64,000 nt of DNA from Octopus vulgaris (Eukaryota), in NCBI GenBank assembly GCA_951406725.2, contig OX597824.1, forward strand, positions 10,230,001 to 10,294,000, given 5' to 3'. The notes under the pieces are model-generated. The model ran no database searches, had not been told where the DNA came from, and saw nothing but the letters and a program-made list of their open reading frames with translations. Of this stretch, positions 1 through 13,179 are shown in pieces (the stretch's first letter is position 1; each line of letters opens with the position of its first letter). The translations under genes and the position numbers were made by a program.

Positions 1-39
1 TGTAACCAATTAGAACTTGGACCTATATCTTAAACATCT

Positions 40-482
40 CATCATCATCGTTTAACATCTGCTTTCCATGCTAGCATGGGTTGGACGATTTGACTGAGAA
101 CTGGTGAACCAGATGGCTGCACCAGGCTCCAATCTGATCTGGCAGAGTTTCTACAGCTGGCTGCCCTTCCTAACACCAACCACTCTGAGAGTGTAGTGGG
201 TGCTTTTACGTGCCACTGGCACGAGGGCTAGTTAGGCGGTACTGGCAACGACCACGCTCAAATGATGTTTTTTACGTGCCACCTGCACAGGAGCCAGTCC
301 AGCAGCACTGGCAATGACCTTGCTCGAATGTTTTGTTCACGTGCCACCGGAACAAGTGCCAGTAAGGTGACACTGGTAATGATCATGCTCGAATGGTGCT
401 TTTTACATGCCACCGGCACAGAAGCCAGTTAGCTGGTCTGGCAACGATCATGCTCGGATGGTGCTCTTAGCGCTCCACTAGC
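40..482 (-). mobile_element. RTE-type LINE 3' UTR fragment (5'-truncated) ending in (GAT)n
   Basis: Reverse complement matches the 3' part of the element at 61755-62487 (ggaagggcatccagctgtagaaac...gacgttaaacgatgatg), which carries an RTE RT C-terminus. Confidence 0.8.
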
Positions 483-1184
483 TTGAGCTAACAATTTCAC
501 CTTAAAACAGTTCAAGCTCTCACCAACAAAACCAGTGACAAAGAATTCTCCTTTAAACATTATGACAAAAATTGGGAAAAAGTCACTTTCTCTAATCTTT
601 TTTTGTCTTTCTCTTTTGAAACTTAATCATATCTTATTCTTAAGATGGCTCATTGCTTTGAACCTACTGAACTCACAATCATGTGTGATTGTTATGAAAT
701 TCATCGAACATTTGAACTTTCATTATTTTCTAAAACTGTGAAATTTATTGAATATTAGAGTTTGTATGAATATTCGATTTTTTTTTTAAGTATGTTTTAC
801 TGAATTCTCTTTTGTACCACTAATCTCTTCTAAATTCTTTATATTTACCGTTGAAGTATTTAATAATATGCTTAAAACATTTAAAACTATGATTCAGTTT
901 GAGATTCAGGTGCATTTTCTACTCCAAAACCAACTCTCCTCTGTGTGTGTGCATGCGTGTGTGTGTGTGTGTGTGTGCACATGCGTGTGTAAGTGTTTAT
1001 TGCTCAAGACAAAGTTGATTTATGTCTACATAAAGAGTAGATTCTGTGCAAGCACAGACATAGATACTCAGAAACAAACTATAAGTCTTTACATTGTCAC
1101 TTGACTTGTTAGAGAAAGCAGTCAAATCATACCCTACTGTCTAGAAACAACAACAAAAAAAAGATATATATATAACATAATCTG

Positions 1185-1579
1185 GGCTCCCACTACAAGG
1201 TCCAGTCCTTGTGCAGTGGTAGCCCGTGGACCTCAATGATTCTGAGAACTATGCCAGTGCAGCACAAGTTCCAGGTAGGACCTCCCATGTTGGACAGGTC
1301 AAAGGTTAGAAGCCAGAGTAAAAATTGACCAGCTCTTCCCAATGGTAAAAATAGGTCTGTGTAGGGTAACAACACTACCTAGAGAAAAGCAAAGTTATAA
1401 AAGTGTCAATAGCAGGAGTGGCTGTGTGGTAAGTAGCTTGTTTACTAACCACATGGTTCTGGGTTCAGTCCCACTGCGTGGCACCTTGGGCAAGTGTCTT
1501 CTACTATAGCCTTGGGCCAATCAAAGCCTTGTGAGTGGATTTGGTAGACGGAAACTGAAAGAAGCCCGTCAAATGTATG

Positions 1580-1627
<48 letters not shown>

Positions 1628-2137
1628 TGTGTGTCTGTGTTTGTCCCCCTAGCATTGCTTGACAACCGATGCTGGTGTGTTTATGTCCCTGTCACTTAGC
1701 AGTTCGGGAAAAGAGACCGATAGAATAAGTACTGGGCTTACAAAAGAATAAGTCCCGGGGTCGAGTTGCTCGATTAAAGGCAGTGCTCCAGCATGGCCAC
1801 AGTCAAATGACTGAAACAAGTAAAAGAGTAAAAGAGTAAAGAGTAAGAGAGCAATTCAAAACCAATGAGTCATGGGAGAGGAAGGTTTTCCCTCAGGAAA
1901 ACATAGAAAGAGGTGCAACAAAACCATCAATGTTCAGTGTTACATGGCAGGCCCTAATCTGGAACCCACAAGAGAGGTGACAGAGAGGACACCCTAAAAT
2001 GTAGCTGGAGGCAGGATACTGAAGCAGTACTGCAAAAGAAGGGGTTCAATTGGAGGAAAGCAGAGAAGACAGCCCAAAGTTGAGAATATTAGAGGAAAGT
2101 TGTCGATGGTTATATTCCATAGGGAGTAAAGGACTCA
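1185..2137 (+). mobile_element. Internally deleted RTE-clade LINE remnant, interrupted by a SINE
   Basis: 1945-2135 translates to a decayed RTE C-terminus (QALIWNPQER..RGHPK...WRKAEKTAQ...RKVVDG); 1185-1410 looks like an RTE 5' UTR. Confidence 0.6.
1411..1850 (+). mobile_element. tRNA-derived SINE family A, full-length, with internal (TA)n/(TG)n and (AAAAGAGT)n tail
   Basis: A-box-like tggctgtgtgg, B-box-like gggttcagtccc, CORE-like ccttgggcaagt; more than 20 full or partial copies in the window. Confidence 0.9.
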
Positions 2138-2556
2138 TGAAAAAGAAAAGTTTGGGGTTCACCATTCCTGGAAATGAAAGACAGGATAGCTTTTGATCAT
2201 AGACCTGCTAGATTTTCTCAATCAGCGCCAGATTGGGCTACACAACAATGACAAACTGGAAAGTGAAAATAAGAGATTAATGAGAGAGACAGAGAGACAA
2301 ACAAATAGACGGAGACAGACAGAGGCAGGCAGACAGATAGACAGACAGACAAAGATGTGAGGAATTAGTAAAATACAAGGATCAAGTTTAAGAAGCATTT
2401 TTACAACCTTAGTCAAGGGAAAGTCAAGAGAAATTTGAGTGGTTGAAAAGGGAATAGAATGGCACAGATGTTTTCAGGGGATAACGTGTGCAGGGGAAAT
2501 AAACGTGTATTTCGCAGGAATTAATAAAACCATACGCTGAAAATATTTGCTAGTTT

Positions 2557-3010
2557 TCTTATTTCTTTATAGCCCACAAGGGCAAAACATAGAGGGGACA
2601 AACAAGGACAGACAAAGGGATTAAGTAGATCACATCGACTCCAGTGCGTAACTGGTACTTAATCTATCAACCTCGAAAGGATGAAAGGCAAAGTCGACCT
2701 CGGTGGAATTTGAACTCAGAACGTAACGGCAGACGAAATACCTATTTCTTTATTGCCCGCAAGGGGCTAAACATAGTGTGGACAAACAAGGGATCTTTTC
2801 TTTTTGAAGGCCAGATTTTTCTAGTTAACTAAAAAATTTGAAACTTCGTATACTGGTAGAATGTGTCAAAAGAAAAGATTATTGTAAACAAAATTGAAAA
2901 CAAAATTGTAATTTGTAACTTAAACGTAGTTTAATTTTTACGAATTTTAACCAATGAAATCCCAACATTGCTGCGTTATCGATATTGATAAAGAAATATA
3001 GCAGACGCAC

Positions 3011-3084
<74 letters not shown>

Positions 3085-3977
3085 CACATGCATATACATT
3101 TGCACAAGCACATAGTGATTAATATATAAACGCACACACACATACAAACGGACATATACATACACACACATACGCACACAAGCAAAAATACACGTTCGTG
3201 TTTTGCCACTTGCCGCAACAAATTTGCACAGAAGAGGGGTGGGGTCAATGTTTCATCGTTTCGGGGTCGATAGATTAAGTACCAATTACGCACTGGTGTC
3301 GAGGATTTTTTCCCCAATTTATAGCACAGCTTCCGACAAGCTGGGGGCATCCTTTTATGAAAAAATATTTCGCAAATTTTTCACAATACTACTCACACTC
3401 CACGCGCAAACTCGAGACCGATTTAGGCATATTATTGTTTTGTTTTTATTGTTTCTGGCCCTTAAAAACCATGGGAGAAGCCTTTTCGGTAAAAAAAAAA
3501 TAAAGAAAATATTCAAAAAATATCGTTAATATTTTTATTGGGCGACGAAATTAATCGATTTAAAAGATATAGCTGTTATTTCTAGCACATATAGAAGACA
3601 GAAGAAGAGGTAAATAATTTGAGCTCGAATGCTGCGATTTCATTGGTTAAAATTCTTAAAATTAAACTACGTTTAAGTTACGAATAACAATTTTGTTTTC
3701 AATTTTGTTTACAATAATGTTTTCTTTTGACACATTCTACCAGTATACGAAGTTTCAAATTTTTTAGTTAACTAGGAAAATCTGGCCTTCAAAAAGAAAA
3801 GATCCCAAACAAGGACAGACAAACAGATTAAGTCGATTACATCGACCCCAGTGCGTAACTGGTACTTAATTTATCGACCCCGAAAGGATGAAAGGCAAAG
3901 TCGACCTCGGCGGAATTTGAACTCAGAACGTAACGGCAGACGAAATACGGCTACGCATTTCGCTAGCTCACCGCCTT
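2557..3977 (-). mobile_element. SINE family B (tandem body units) split by a DNA transposon at 2790-3806
   Basis: Reverse complement of gtcgactttgcctttcatcctttcggggtcgataaattaagtaccag; the sequence resumes exactly on the far side of the insertion. Confidence 0.85.
2790..3806. mobile_element. Non-autonomous DNA transposon, ~180-bp TIRs (GGGATC...GATCCC), 6-bp TSD AAACAA
   Basis: 2790-2970 is the reverse complement of ~3628-3806; AAACAA at 2784-2789 and 3807-3812, while intact SINE B copies have it only once. Confidence 0.9.
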
Positions 3978-5367
3978 CTATTTTATACAATTTCCTTGTT
4001 TATTATTTGCTTGGTGTCGTTTCTGCACTTTTGCTCTAATTTATGAGCAAGCACAATGACCGAATTATTAACTCCTTTTATGTTTTCAAGCATGTTTTCC
4101 CCGCTTTTATACAATCAGACAATTGTATGAAAGAAACTCTGTCACAATAGAGAGAGCTGGGTTAGAGGTAGGTGCCTCATCTGGGTCACCACGGTCTGTG
4201 ACTATTTTGCTCTCTCCCACATATTGAATGCTTCGGTAAAAAGGGAGGATCTCGCTGCTTCCGTGAACGGAACAAAACCCTGAAGTATCGGGACCAGTCA
4301 GTGAATTAGCTCTCCCAGCTTGTTGTGTTTCAGACGTTTGGAGGGGCTGGGCCACTAACGGTGAAGTTCTTGTCATTGTTGGTAGTTCGCCTCGCCGAGA
4401 CGTCAGGTGATGCCCGTGCGCCTTCGCCCGTGGTAATACCGCGAGCGTGTTGGCTTGCTTCAGTGAGTTCCGTTGGACCTTGTGGCGTGCGACCAATTGA
4501 GGCACATGGTGTTGCATTGATGTTTTTTTTTTTTCCATTATTTTAAACAATTTTCTTTCGTAAAATAAATTCCTTGTCACTGAATTATTGCGAATTGTAA
4601 CAATTCTTTTTAGTTTGAGATGCAGCACGGATTTTTGTCATTGAACAGGTCGCGGTCTTAAAGCGAAGAAACTATTTTGACAAATTAAACTTAAATGTTG
4701 AAGTGAATCGAACGGCTTTTGTGTGTTTCTTAAATGGCTTACAAACACCTTCCACGCTGCAATTGTCTTTTTAGTTTATTATTGAACAAATATAATGAAA
4801 TAAATTCTAAAAGATAAAAAGGTAAAATGTGTGTGTGTGCGTGCGTGTATGTGTGCGTGCGTGTGTGCGTGCGTGTGTGCGCGCGTGTGTGCGTGCGTGT
4901 GTGTGTGAATAGAATAATTTTTAATTATATTACTCCACGATAATAATTTCTTGCCGGAGTAAGGGAGACAACTTGTCTAGTGTAGTCCAGTTGTCTCCCT
5001 TACAGCAGCTGCTCGTAGATGAGGTAATTCAGTAATTGGTTACCACCAAATCGAAAATTTCATCCCATTCTTTAAAATAACCAATGAGAACGTGTTCCAC
5101 TCATCTCCTAGCCGCACTCAACCAGCTCGTTTAGATCCAAGCACACAAACGATCAGATGGAGTTTTTTTTTACAGTCAGATGCTCTTCCTGTTGCTAACC
5201 CTTACCTGTCTTTCTAATTCAAAAAGGTGTCTATGCTTATAACTGGAAAGATAGTTGATAATTTTGTAGGGTGTCTACTTATTCAGTTGCCAGACATCTG
5301 AGCTTTAATGTGTCCATGCCCCATAAAGCAAGATGTTCAGAGTATGGTAGATGCCTGATGGTGGGTA

Positions 5368-5879
5368 CCGTAAATCCTCAAGTATAGTCCACCCTTGAGT
5401 ATAATACGCAGGGGATTTTTATGGGGCTGTACCTCTGAAAAACCTAAACCTTGTGTATAATACGCACCCCTTCTCTAATTTGAGTCAAGGAGGTCTATAT
5501 AACGTTCTTAGTTTGTAAAACTGTATACGGTAACGTCCTTTATTATTATTGTATATATAACATAATGCAAGCGTGTAGCTTTTTTGTGCATTTTGTTTGC
5601 AGAAAATAAAGAAATAGCAGTAATAACGTTTAATAAATGTTGTTGACTGCAAGTTATGGATGATTCTTTTATGACTTCATTGCTTTCAGGCTTAGCTTAA
5701 GGTATTTTCACGCCCGACATCACAAAATTCGTCTGAATAAACATTGCCGGACAGCAAATAAAGACACGGACATTGCTTAGAAAATACTTTTCATTTTTAA
5801 CCTTGTATATAGTACGCACTAGGGATTTTGACCTTTAAATTTTTGGGGAAAAATGCGGATTATACTCGAGGATTTACGG
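5368..5879. mobile_element. Tc1/mariner-superfamily (Tc2-like) MITE, 512 bp
   Basis: TIRs CCGTAAATCCTCaAGTATAgTCC / GGATTATACTCGAGGATTTACGG flanked by TA on both sides (5366-67, 5880-81). Confidence 0.9.
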
Positions 5880-6017
5880 TATTCATCTGGTTGCACATTT
5901 CTGAACAGTTTCCAGGAGATTGATATGCTGACGGGTTCCAGACTGATGTGGATATATCATAGCCATATGCAGCTTTGTATATACAGCTGGAGAGCAGCTG
6001 GTAAAAAAGTCTTACCG

Positions 6018-6295
6018 AGTGATGTGAAGACACCCTCAAGCTTCTAGAAAATTTTAGAGACGTGGTTTGTCTAATGAAAACATGGTTTGTCTCAGCACTG
6101 CATCCTTCAAAACTTCCATGCTTCCTGAGATTCGCCAACACTACACCTGATTTTCTCCCCTCCATACACACGCAAGCATGTATCTGACTCATACACTGTT
6201 CGCCTTCCAGACATTTGTACATTACTGCATATACTCTGACAAGTTGTGGTGCACCTGAGCACTGTAGACAATATTTTCATTATTATTATTATTAT
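6018..6295 (+). mobile_element. Probable LINE 3' tail ending in (ATT)n
   Basis: Interrupts the CR1 fragment and ends in ttattattattat; family not established. Confidence 0.4.
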
Positions 6296-6556
6296 AAAAT
6301 CACTGTTGACAATAATGTCCAAGTTCTTAAGATTGGTGTCATTGAGGGAGAATGTAAAGGCCAGGTTTTTCCTCTTCAAATGCATGGTGGTACACTTGTT
6401 CACAGCCAGCTTGAGTTTCCAGTTAGTAATCTATTGCTATGTTGTGTCCAGGTCTGATTGCAGGGAAAGATCTGTAGTGTATAGGATCTGTTCTTGTTGT
6501 CTGTTCAGTATATTCTGACATTGTAACATTCTTCAAGTATCTATCTATGACATTAA

Positions 6557-6795
<239 letters not shown>

Positions 6796-6864
6796 GTCTG
6801 GTGATGGAAACAGGAAAGTAGAACTCAAAACATGAGTATATATTTTCTTAATTTTTTATAATTT

Positions 6865-7165
6865 TTCTCTTACTTATTTTGGTCATTGGACTGTGGTCAT
6901 GCTGGGGCACCACTGAGAAGAATTTTTAGTCAAATGAATCAATCCCAGTACTTACAATATTTTATTTTCTAAGCATAGTATTTATTCTTATCAGGCTCTC
7001 TTGCCAAACTGCTAAGTTATGGGGATGTAAACACACCAACACCATTTGTCAGCCATACACATACACATGATGGGCTTCTTTCAGTTTCTATCCATCAAAT
7101 CTGCTCACAAGGCTTTGGCTGGCTCAAGGCTACAGCAGAAGACAATTGCCCAAGGTGCCATATTG
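6865..7165 (-). mobile_element. SINE family A, diverged
   Basis: Reverse-complement similarity to 1411-1850. Confidence 0.75.
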
Positions 7166-7309
7166 TGTGGCAAATTACAGGGTAACTCAAAGGGTTGAGA
7201 GTTTAGTACATTAACACTCATCAACAACATAGCTCTCAGCCCTTTGAATTAGTCCATGTGCCCTGTTAAAATAATGATTTTTTATGCAAAAACTTATTCA
7301 AAAACAACA

Positions 7310-7760
7310 ACTGTTCTTCAAATTAAAGACCATCATTTTCTATAACCTTCTGCCAGTAATCTGAAGGCTTTTGGATTTGGTCAAAGTACCAATCCTTCAG
7401 CTTTGAACTGAAAAATTCTTGACAGGCTTCTTCAACTTGAATGACTCAAATCAGTGACCTTTCATAAAGCACTGCATCGATCAGAAGAGACTGTAATCAG
7501 ATGGAGCAATGCCTGGACTATAGGCTGGATGTGGCAGAACTTCCACACCATCCAATTCTTCAATCTTGTTGCTGGTCTTTCTGGCAGTATGCAGCTTTGT
7601 ATCATCTTCTTGAAACAAAGCATGTTTTCAACAAACAAGTCTTGGGTACTTTTCAACCAGCGCATCGTAGACTTGATGAACTTGCTCACAGTAAAGTGCA
7701 GCATTGATGACACGACCATTCGGCACAGGTTCAGCACTTGAACGTTTTTCCTCAACCTAA
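7310..7760 (-). mobile_element. mariner transposase remnant, C-terminal part
   Basis: GVEVLPHPAYSPGIAPSDYSLF resembles the mariner YSPDLAPSD motif; contains stops and frameshifts. Confidence 0.85.
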
Positions 7761-8054
7761 TATTAATAGAAATGCATACATGAGCAGCAGATTAAACACA
7801 TTTGACTATGACCACAGACAGATAAGAACACACAATAAGTTGAGCTCACAAGTTGGCTTTTGTTTAGGGTGCAGTAGAAGAAAATGCAGCAGCAAAGGAA
7901 GAGGGTTGTAACTGCATGCACACACAGACCCACACACAAATACACAAATGCATGCACTCAAAGTAGATCCACTTGTATACATATATATATATATGCTTGG
8001 GATTAGAAGAAAGAAAGAGAAGCGCTGTACCCCTCACATATACAAATGTATGTC

Positions 8055-8530
8055 TCTTTTCTACTCTAGGCACAAGGCCCGAAATTTTGTGGGAGGGAGC
8101 CAGTTGATTAGATCGATCCCAGTACACAACTGGTACTTAATTTATCGACCCTGAAAGGATGAAAGGCAAAATTGACCTCAGTGGAGTTTGAACTCAGACC
8201 GTAAAGACAGACAAAATACTGCTAAGCATTTTGCCCAGTGCGCCAATGTTTCTGCCAGCTCGCCACGTTAAAAGTATTTGTTTCTACTCTAGGCACAAGG
8301 CCTGAAATTTTGTGGGAGGGGACCAGTCAATCACATTGACCCCAGTACACAACTGGTACTTAATCTATCAACCCTGAATGGATGAAAGGCAAAGTCGACC
8401 TTGGCAGCATTTGAACTCAGAACGTAAAGACAGATGAAATACCACTAAGCATTTTGCCTAGTATGGTAACGTTTCTGTTAGCTTGCTGCCTTAAATGTAT
8501 TCATTTCTATTCTAGGCACAAGGCCCGAAA
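8055..8530 (-). mobile_element. SINE family B tandem dimer
   Basis: Two ~225-bp units starting tttctactctaggcacaaggcc. Confidence 0.85.
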
Positions 8531-8939
8531 TTCATTGAGTTCTCTGCTCTTCATGTCTCTCCACCAGATAACTCTTACTTGAAGGTTAAACAAGTTATAA
8601 CTTCTCTTTGTGTGTAATTATGTGTGCTTATTCATGCGTGTGTATTGAGACTGTAATAATTTGTGTGTGTCTGTATTTATGTGTGTGTGTATTTGAGTGT
8701 GCATATGTGTACAAAGAGACTAAGTGGGGAGATGGTGAAGCAAATAAGTGTATATGCATATACCCCTCAGGTATACACACACACACACAAATACTTAAGT
8801 CCCAATACTTAAGGATTTTGTTTTGTCTGGCTAGGAAAGCAGTGACCCCACCCAATTTACTGCAGCATCCAGGATGTGAGGAGGAGCAAAGGAGTCACTG
8901 ACTGTGACATCCCAGATGAAATGCCAACCTTTTTCCAAG

Positions 8940-9455
8940 GATTGACCCCAGTATGCAACTGGTAATTAATTTATTATACTTTGAAAGGATGAAAGGCAAA
9001 GTCGACCTCAGCTGAATTTGAACTCAGCACGTAAAGACAGATGAAATACCTATTCTTTATTGCCCACAAGGGGCTAAACACAGAGAGGACAAACAAGGAC
9101 AGACAAAGGGATTAAGTTGATTACATCGACACCAGTGCATAACGGGTACTTAATTTATCGACCCCGAAAGGATGAAAAGCAAAGTCGACCTCGGCGGAAT
9201 TTGAACTCAGAGCGTAAAGACAGATGAAATACCTATTCTTTACTACCCACAAGGGGCTAAACACAGATGGGACAAACAAGGACAGACAAACGGATTAAGT
9301 CGCTTATATCGACCCCAGGGCATAACTGGTACTCATTTAGTCGACCCTGAAAGGATGAAAGGCAAAGTTGACCTCAGTGGAGTTTGAACTCAGAACGTAA
9401 AGACAGACAAAATACTGCTAAGCATTTTGCCCGGCGTGCTAATGGTTCTGCCAGC
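8940..9455 (-). mobile_element. SINE family B tandem trimer
   Basis: Three repeats of gaaaggatgaaaggcaaagtcgacctc...gaactcag at ~185-bp spacing. Confidence 0.85.
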
Positions 9456-9779
9456 TTAATGCCATATGCAAACATGTTTGTGCACACATACAAACATGTA
9501 GGCATGTGCACATGCAAAACTGCAGACAAATAGAGCAGCTAATTGCAAATTTGAACTTATAAGGGAATGTGGAGTGTGAGTGAGTGATGTGGAGTGTGAG
9601 TACACAGCAAAAGCACCAAAGTCCCCAGGTGTCTGCCCTAGAAAGAAGAGATAAAGAAGGTAACATATAAAGAAAGAAAGAGAAAAAGAAAGAGACCAAG
9701 TGGGGAGAAGATGGTGGAGCAAGTAAGTGTATATGCGTGTACCCCTCAGCTATACACATGCAAACACACACACACACAC

Positions 9780-10150
9780 ACATATGCTCACACTCAAATA
9801 CACATGCATATAGGCACAGACACAGACACACACTCAAATACACATACATACAGGCACACACACACACATACACATACACACAAATACACAAGCACACACA
9901 CTCAAATACACATACATACAGGCACACACACACACATACACATACACACAAATACACAAGCACACACTCAAATACACATGCATACAGGCACACACACACA
10001 CATACACATACACACAAATACACAAGCACACACTCAAATACACATGCATACAGGCACACACACGCACACACACACACAAATACACATATGCACACACTCA
10101 AATACACACATATACACACACACATATACACACACATATGCACACACACA
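9780..10150. repeat. CA-rich minisatellite, ~66-bp unit
   Basis: Repeated cacactcaaatacacat(a/g)catacaggcacac...aaatacacaagca. Confidence 0.85.
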
Positions 10151-11074
10151 CACACACAAATTATCACATTCTCAATACACACCACGCATGAATAAACACA
10201 CATAATCACCCACAAAGCCAGACATGCACACACGGGCACACAAAGAGAAGTTTTATAACTTGTTTAACCTTCCAGTGAGAGCCATCTGGTGGAGAGACAC
10301 GAAGAGCAGAGAACTCAATGAACAACGTCAACATTACACACAGTAATTGCCGTGGGTGTCTCTGACTGGTCTTTGCATCAAAGCCTTTGCAATCACATTC
10401 ACAAGGTGCAGCTGAGCATGTTATTTGTTCGGGGGGGTGTACAACCCATTACTCCTTCCCCACCGTCTTCTGCTTCTTAATTCCCCCACCATGTTTTTCT
10501 TTTTCTTTGTTTCCTTCGTGAGGTATTTTATAAGTTTGTTTGTTTTTTTCTTTCTTTCTTTTTTTTCTCTACCTGTAAAAATAGGTTGTTGATAGGTGAT
10601 TCATAAAAAAGAAAAAATTAAACGATTAAAATAATGTTACCTGTCTTGAGTTTGTGATCATTATTTTGTGACATTTCAAATGTTCTGCCTTTACAGTTCA
10701 AGGGCAAGTGACAGTCTGCCTTGCTTTGCCTTAGGCCCACAACTGATTGCTTTGGAGAGTGCTGTCATGATATCTTGGCTGGTCTTAGACCCAGTAGAGC
10801 CCAGCTTTCTTTAGGTCTGATTATAGCCAATTTCTTCCATTAAGAGAAAGACAGACAGTCAGAAGATGGCATAAAGACAGACAGATAGACAGAGGGAAGG
10901 AGACAAGGAGAAAGAGAAAGAGAGAAAACTTGATCTGTTCTCTAATTCTGTCGTTTCTGTACTGCCAGTCATCACTCACTCTCCTCTGTGCCATTACTTA
11001 TTGTCACCCATCATTTACACTTACCATTGCCCAGGTCAACTAATACCCATCATTCTTGTCTGTCTTTTCTCTCT

Positions 11075-11385
11075 TCCCTATCCATTGTCTTTAGAGCTTA
11101 ACATTTTTATACAAGACCCATTTCTCATCACCAATCACTATTCTGTTCAAAAACAGTTCATTCTTGAGACAGGACAGTAAAGAAGAGCAGACATTCACTC
11201 TCTATGCGCAGTTTGATTTAGAAAGTTTGTGAGGAACCCATTGACCCAATTTGCTGACTTCTCCAATGGCATGCAGGTGTCAATGAATGGTTGCATGATT
11301 AAATCCAAGCTTCTCTGCTAGTTCCTCATTGTTGGGATTTTGTTCCACCAGGGATTGCAGGACATCCTCATCAAGCTACATACTT
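11075..11385 (-). mobile_element. mariner transposase remnant, N-terminal part
   Basis: LDEDVLQSLVEQNP..EELAEKLG...LGQWVPHKL...FLNRIVIGDEKWVLY contains the WVPHEL and DEKW motifs. Confidence 0.9.
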
Positions 11386-11646
11386 TGTATTGTTATTGGA
11401 TTAGCGAAACAATTATAAGAATGGAACCAAGGGATTATCCCCACTTTCCTAGGAATTACTGGGTACATCAGCTAGTATATATATATATATATAGTGACGT
11501 ATATTTGCCATTTAAATGTGGCTAACCCCTAAGGGTGGATGCTACTGTAGTTTGTAGCCCCAGGAGGACACCTCCTCCAGCTAGCTATAGACACACTTTC
11601 TGTGCCCTATTAGTATTTGTAAAGGGAAGCCATCCTTCCCATCTAG

Positions 11647-11829
11647 GCACAGGGGTGGTTGTGTGGTAAGCAGCTTGCTTACCAATCATATGGTTCCGGG
11701 TTCAGTACTACTACATGGCACCTCAGGCAAGTTTCTTCTGCTATACCCTCACCTCATGGGCTGATTTGGTGGATGGAAACTGAAAGAAGCCTGTTGTATA
11801 TGTGTGTTTGTTTGTTTGTGTGTGTGTAT

Positions 11830-11895
<66 letters not shown>

Positions 11896-12140
11896 TTGTG
11901 TATCTGTGTATGTCCCCCCCACACTGTGTCTGTGTTTGTCCCTCTACCATTGCTTGACAACCGATGCTGTGTGCTTATGTCCCCATAATCTAGCAGTTCA
12001 GCAAAAGATACCGATAGAATATGTACTAGGCTTACTAAGAATAAGTCCTGGGGTTAATTTCTCCAACTAACACCCTTTAAGGCAGTGTTCCAGCATGGCC
12101 ACAGTCAAATGACTGAAACAAGTAAAAGAATAAAAGAATA
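11647..12140 (+). mobile_element. SINE family A with internal (TG)n
   Basis: Head, body and tail match 1411-1850. Confidence 0.85.
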
Positions 12141-12300
12141 TACACATACATACACACACACATACACACATACATATATACATACATACATATATACATA
12201 CATACATACATACATACATGCATACATACATATATACATACATTCATACATACATACATACACACATACATACATACATACATACATACATACATACATT

Positions 12301-12332
<32 letters not shown>

Positions 12333-12346
12333 CATACATACATACA

Positions 12347-12380
<34 letters not shown>

Positions 12381-12515
12381 CATACATTCATACATTCATA
12401 CATTCATACATACATACATACATACATACATACATACATACATACATACATACATACATTCATACATACATACATTCATACATACATACATACATGCATG
12501 CATGCATACATACGT

Positions 12516-12560
<45 letters not shown>
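12140..12560. repeat. (CATA)n / (CAGA)n microsatellite
   Basis: Direct reading. Confidence 0.95.
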
Positions 12561-13088
12561 TATACAGATAAGGGATTAGTAATCCATCTTAAGCTTTCTG
12601 TAGATAAAAATACAGCAGACTAACAATAAAGTCCTGTGATCAGTATTGTATTCCAGATAATCCAAAATCACCAGTCAAAGGTGTAAATCTATGATTCTGT
12701 TACCAAGTTAAGATGGTATTTTATTACAGAGTGATACAGAAAGTAGAGAGATATAACTTTGATAACTTTTGGCCTGTATAGGCCCAGGCCATGTCTAGCT
12801 TAATTGCACCACCTGGTGAAATCTTTTAGTCATATATGGGGCACCATGGGCCCCTCTAGGAAAGAGTTATTATTGTTGGAGATATATCCGGTTGTAGGAG
12901 GTTGGTCTGGGATTTTTTGAAGAAATTTAAGATATCTTAGGGTTGCTGTTCCCAATATTTTTAGTCAAACAAGCAATTAATATGACCGAACCATAAACCC
13001 ACCCAAATGCATATCTGAAACCGCTCCAAGCCTGTAATAAATAAATGTATATAGCCCATTATTTCTGCCTGTTTCCTAGATAAATATT

Positions 13089-13122
<34 letters not shown>

Positions 13123-13179
13123 CATACATACATACATACATACATACATACATACATACATACATGCATTGTGGGGAGC

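Larger units (their letters stand above)
5185..6510 (-). mobile_element. CR1/L2-type LINE RT C-terminal remnant, interrupted by a MITE and another LINE tail
   Basis: Translates to DLDT...NWKLKLAVNKCTTMH (6300-6460) and VWNP..INLLETVQKCATR.IPTIRHLPYSEHL..GMDTLKLR across the MITE; homologous copy at 53090-53230. Confidence 0.75.

Noticed and set aside
10575-10790. Minus-strand exon-like segment followed by a short intron-like stretch
   Set aside because: All three frames contain stops; could be non-coding or TE-derived, so it is not supportable as CDS.
11195-11380. Exon-like segment with AG/GT ends (LDEDVLQSLVEQ...)
   Set aside because: It is mariner transposase (WVPHKL, DEKW) with stops.
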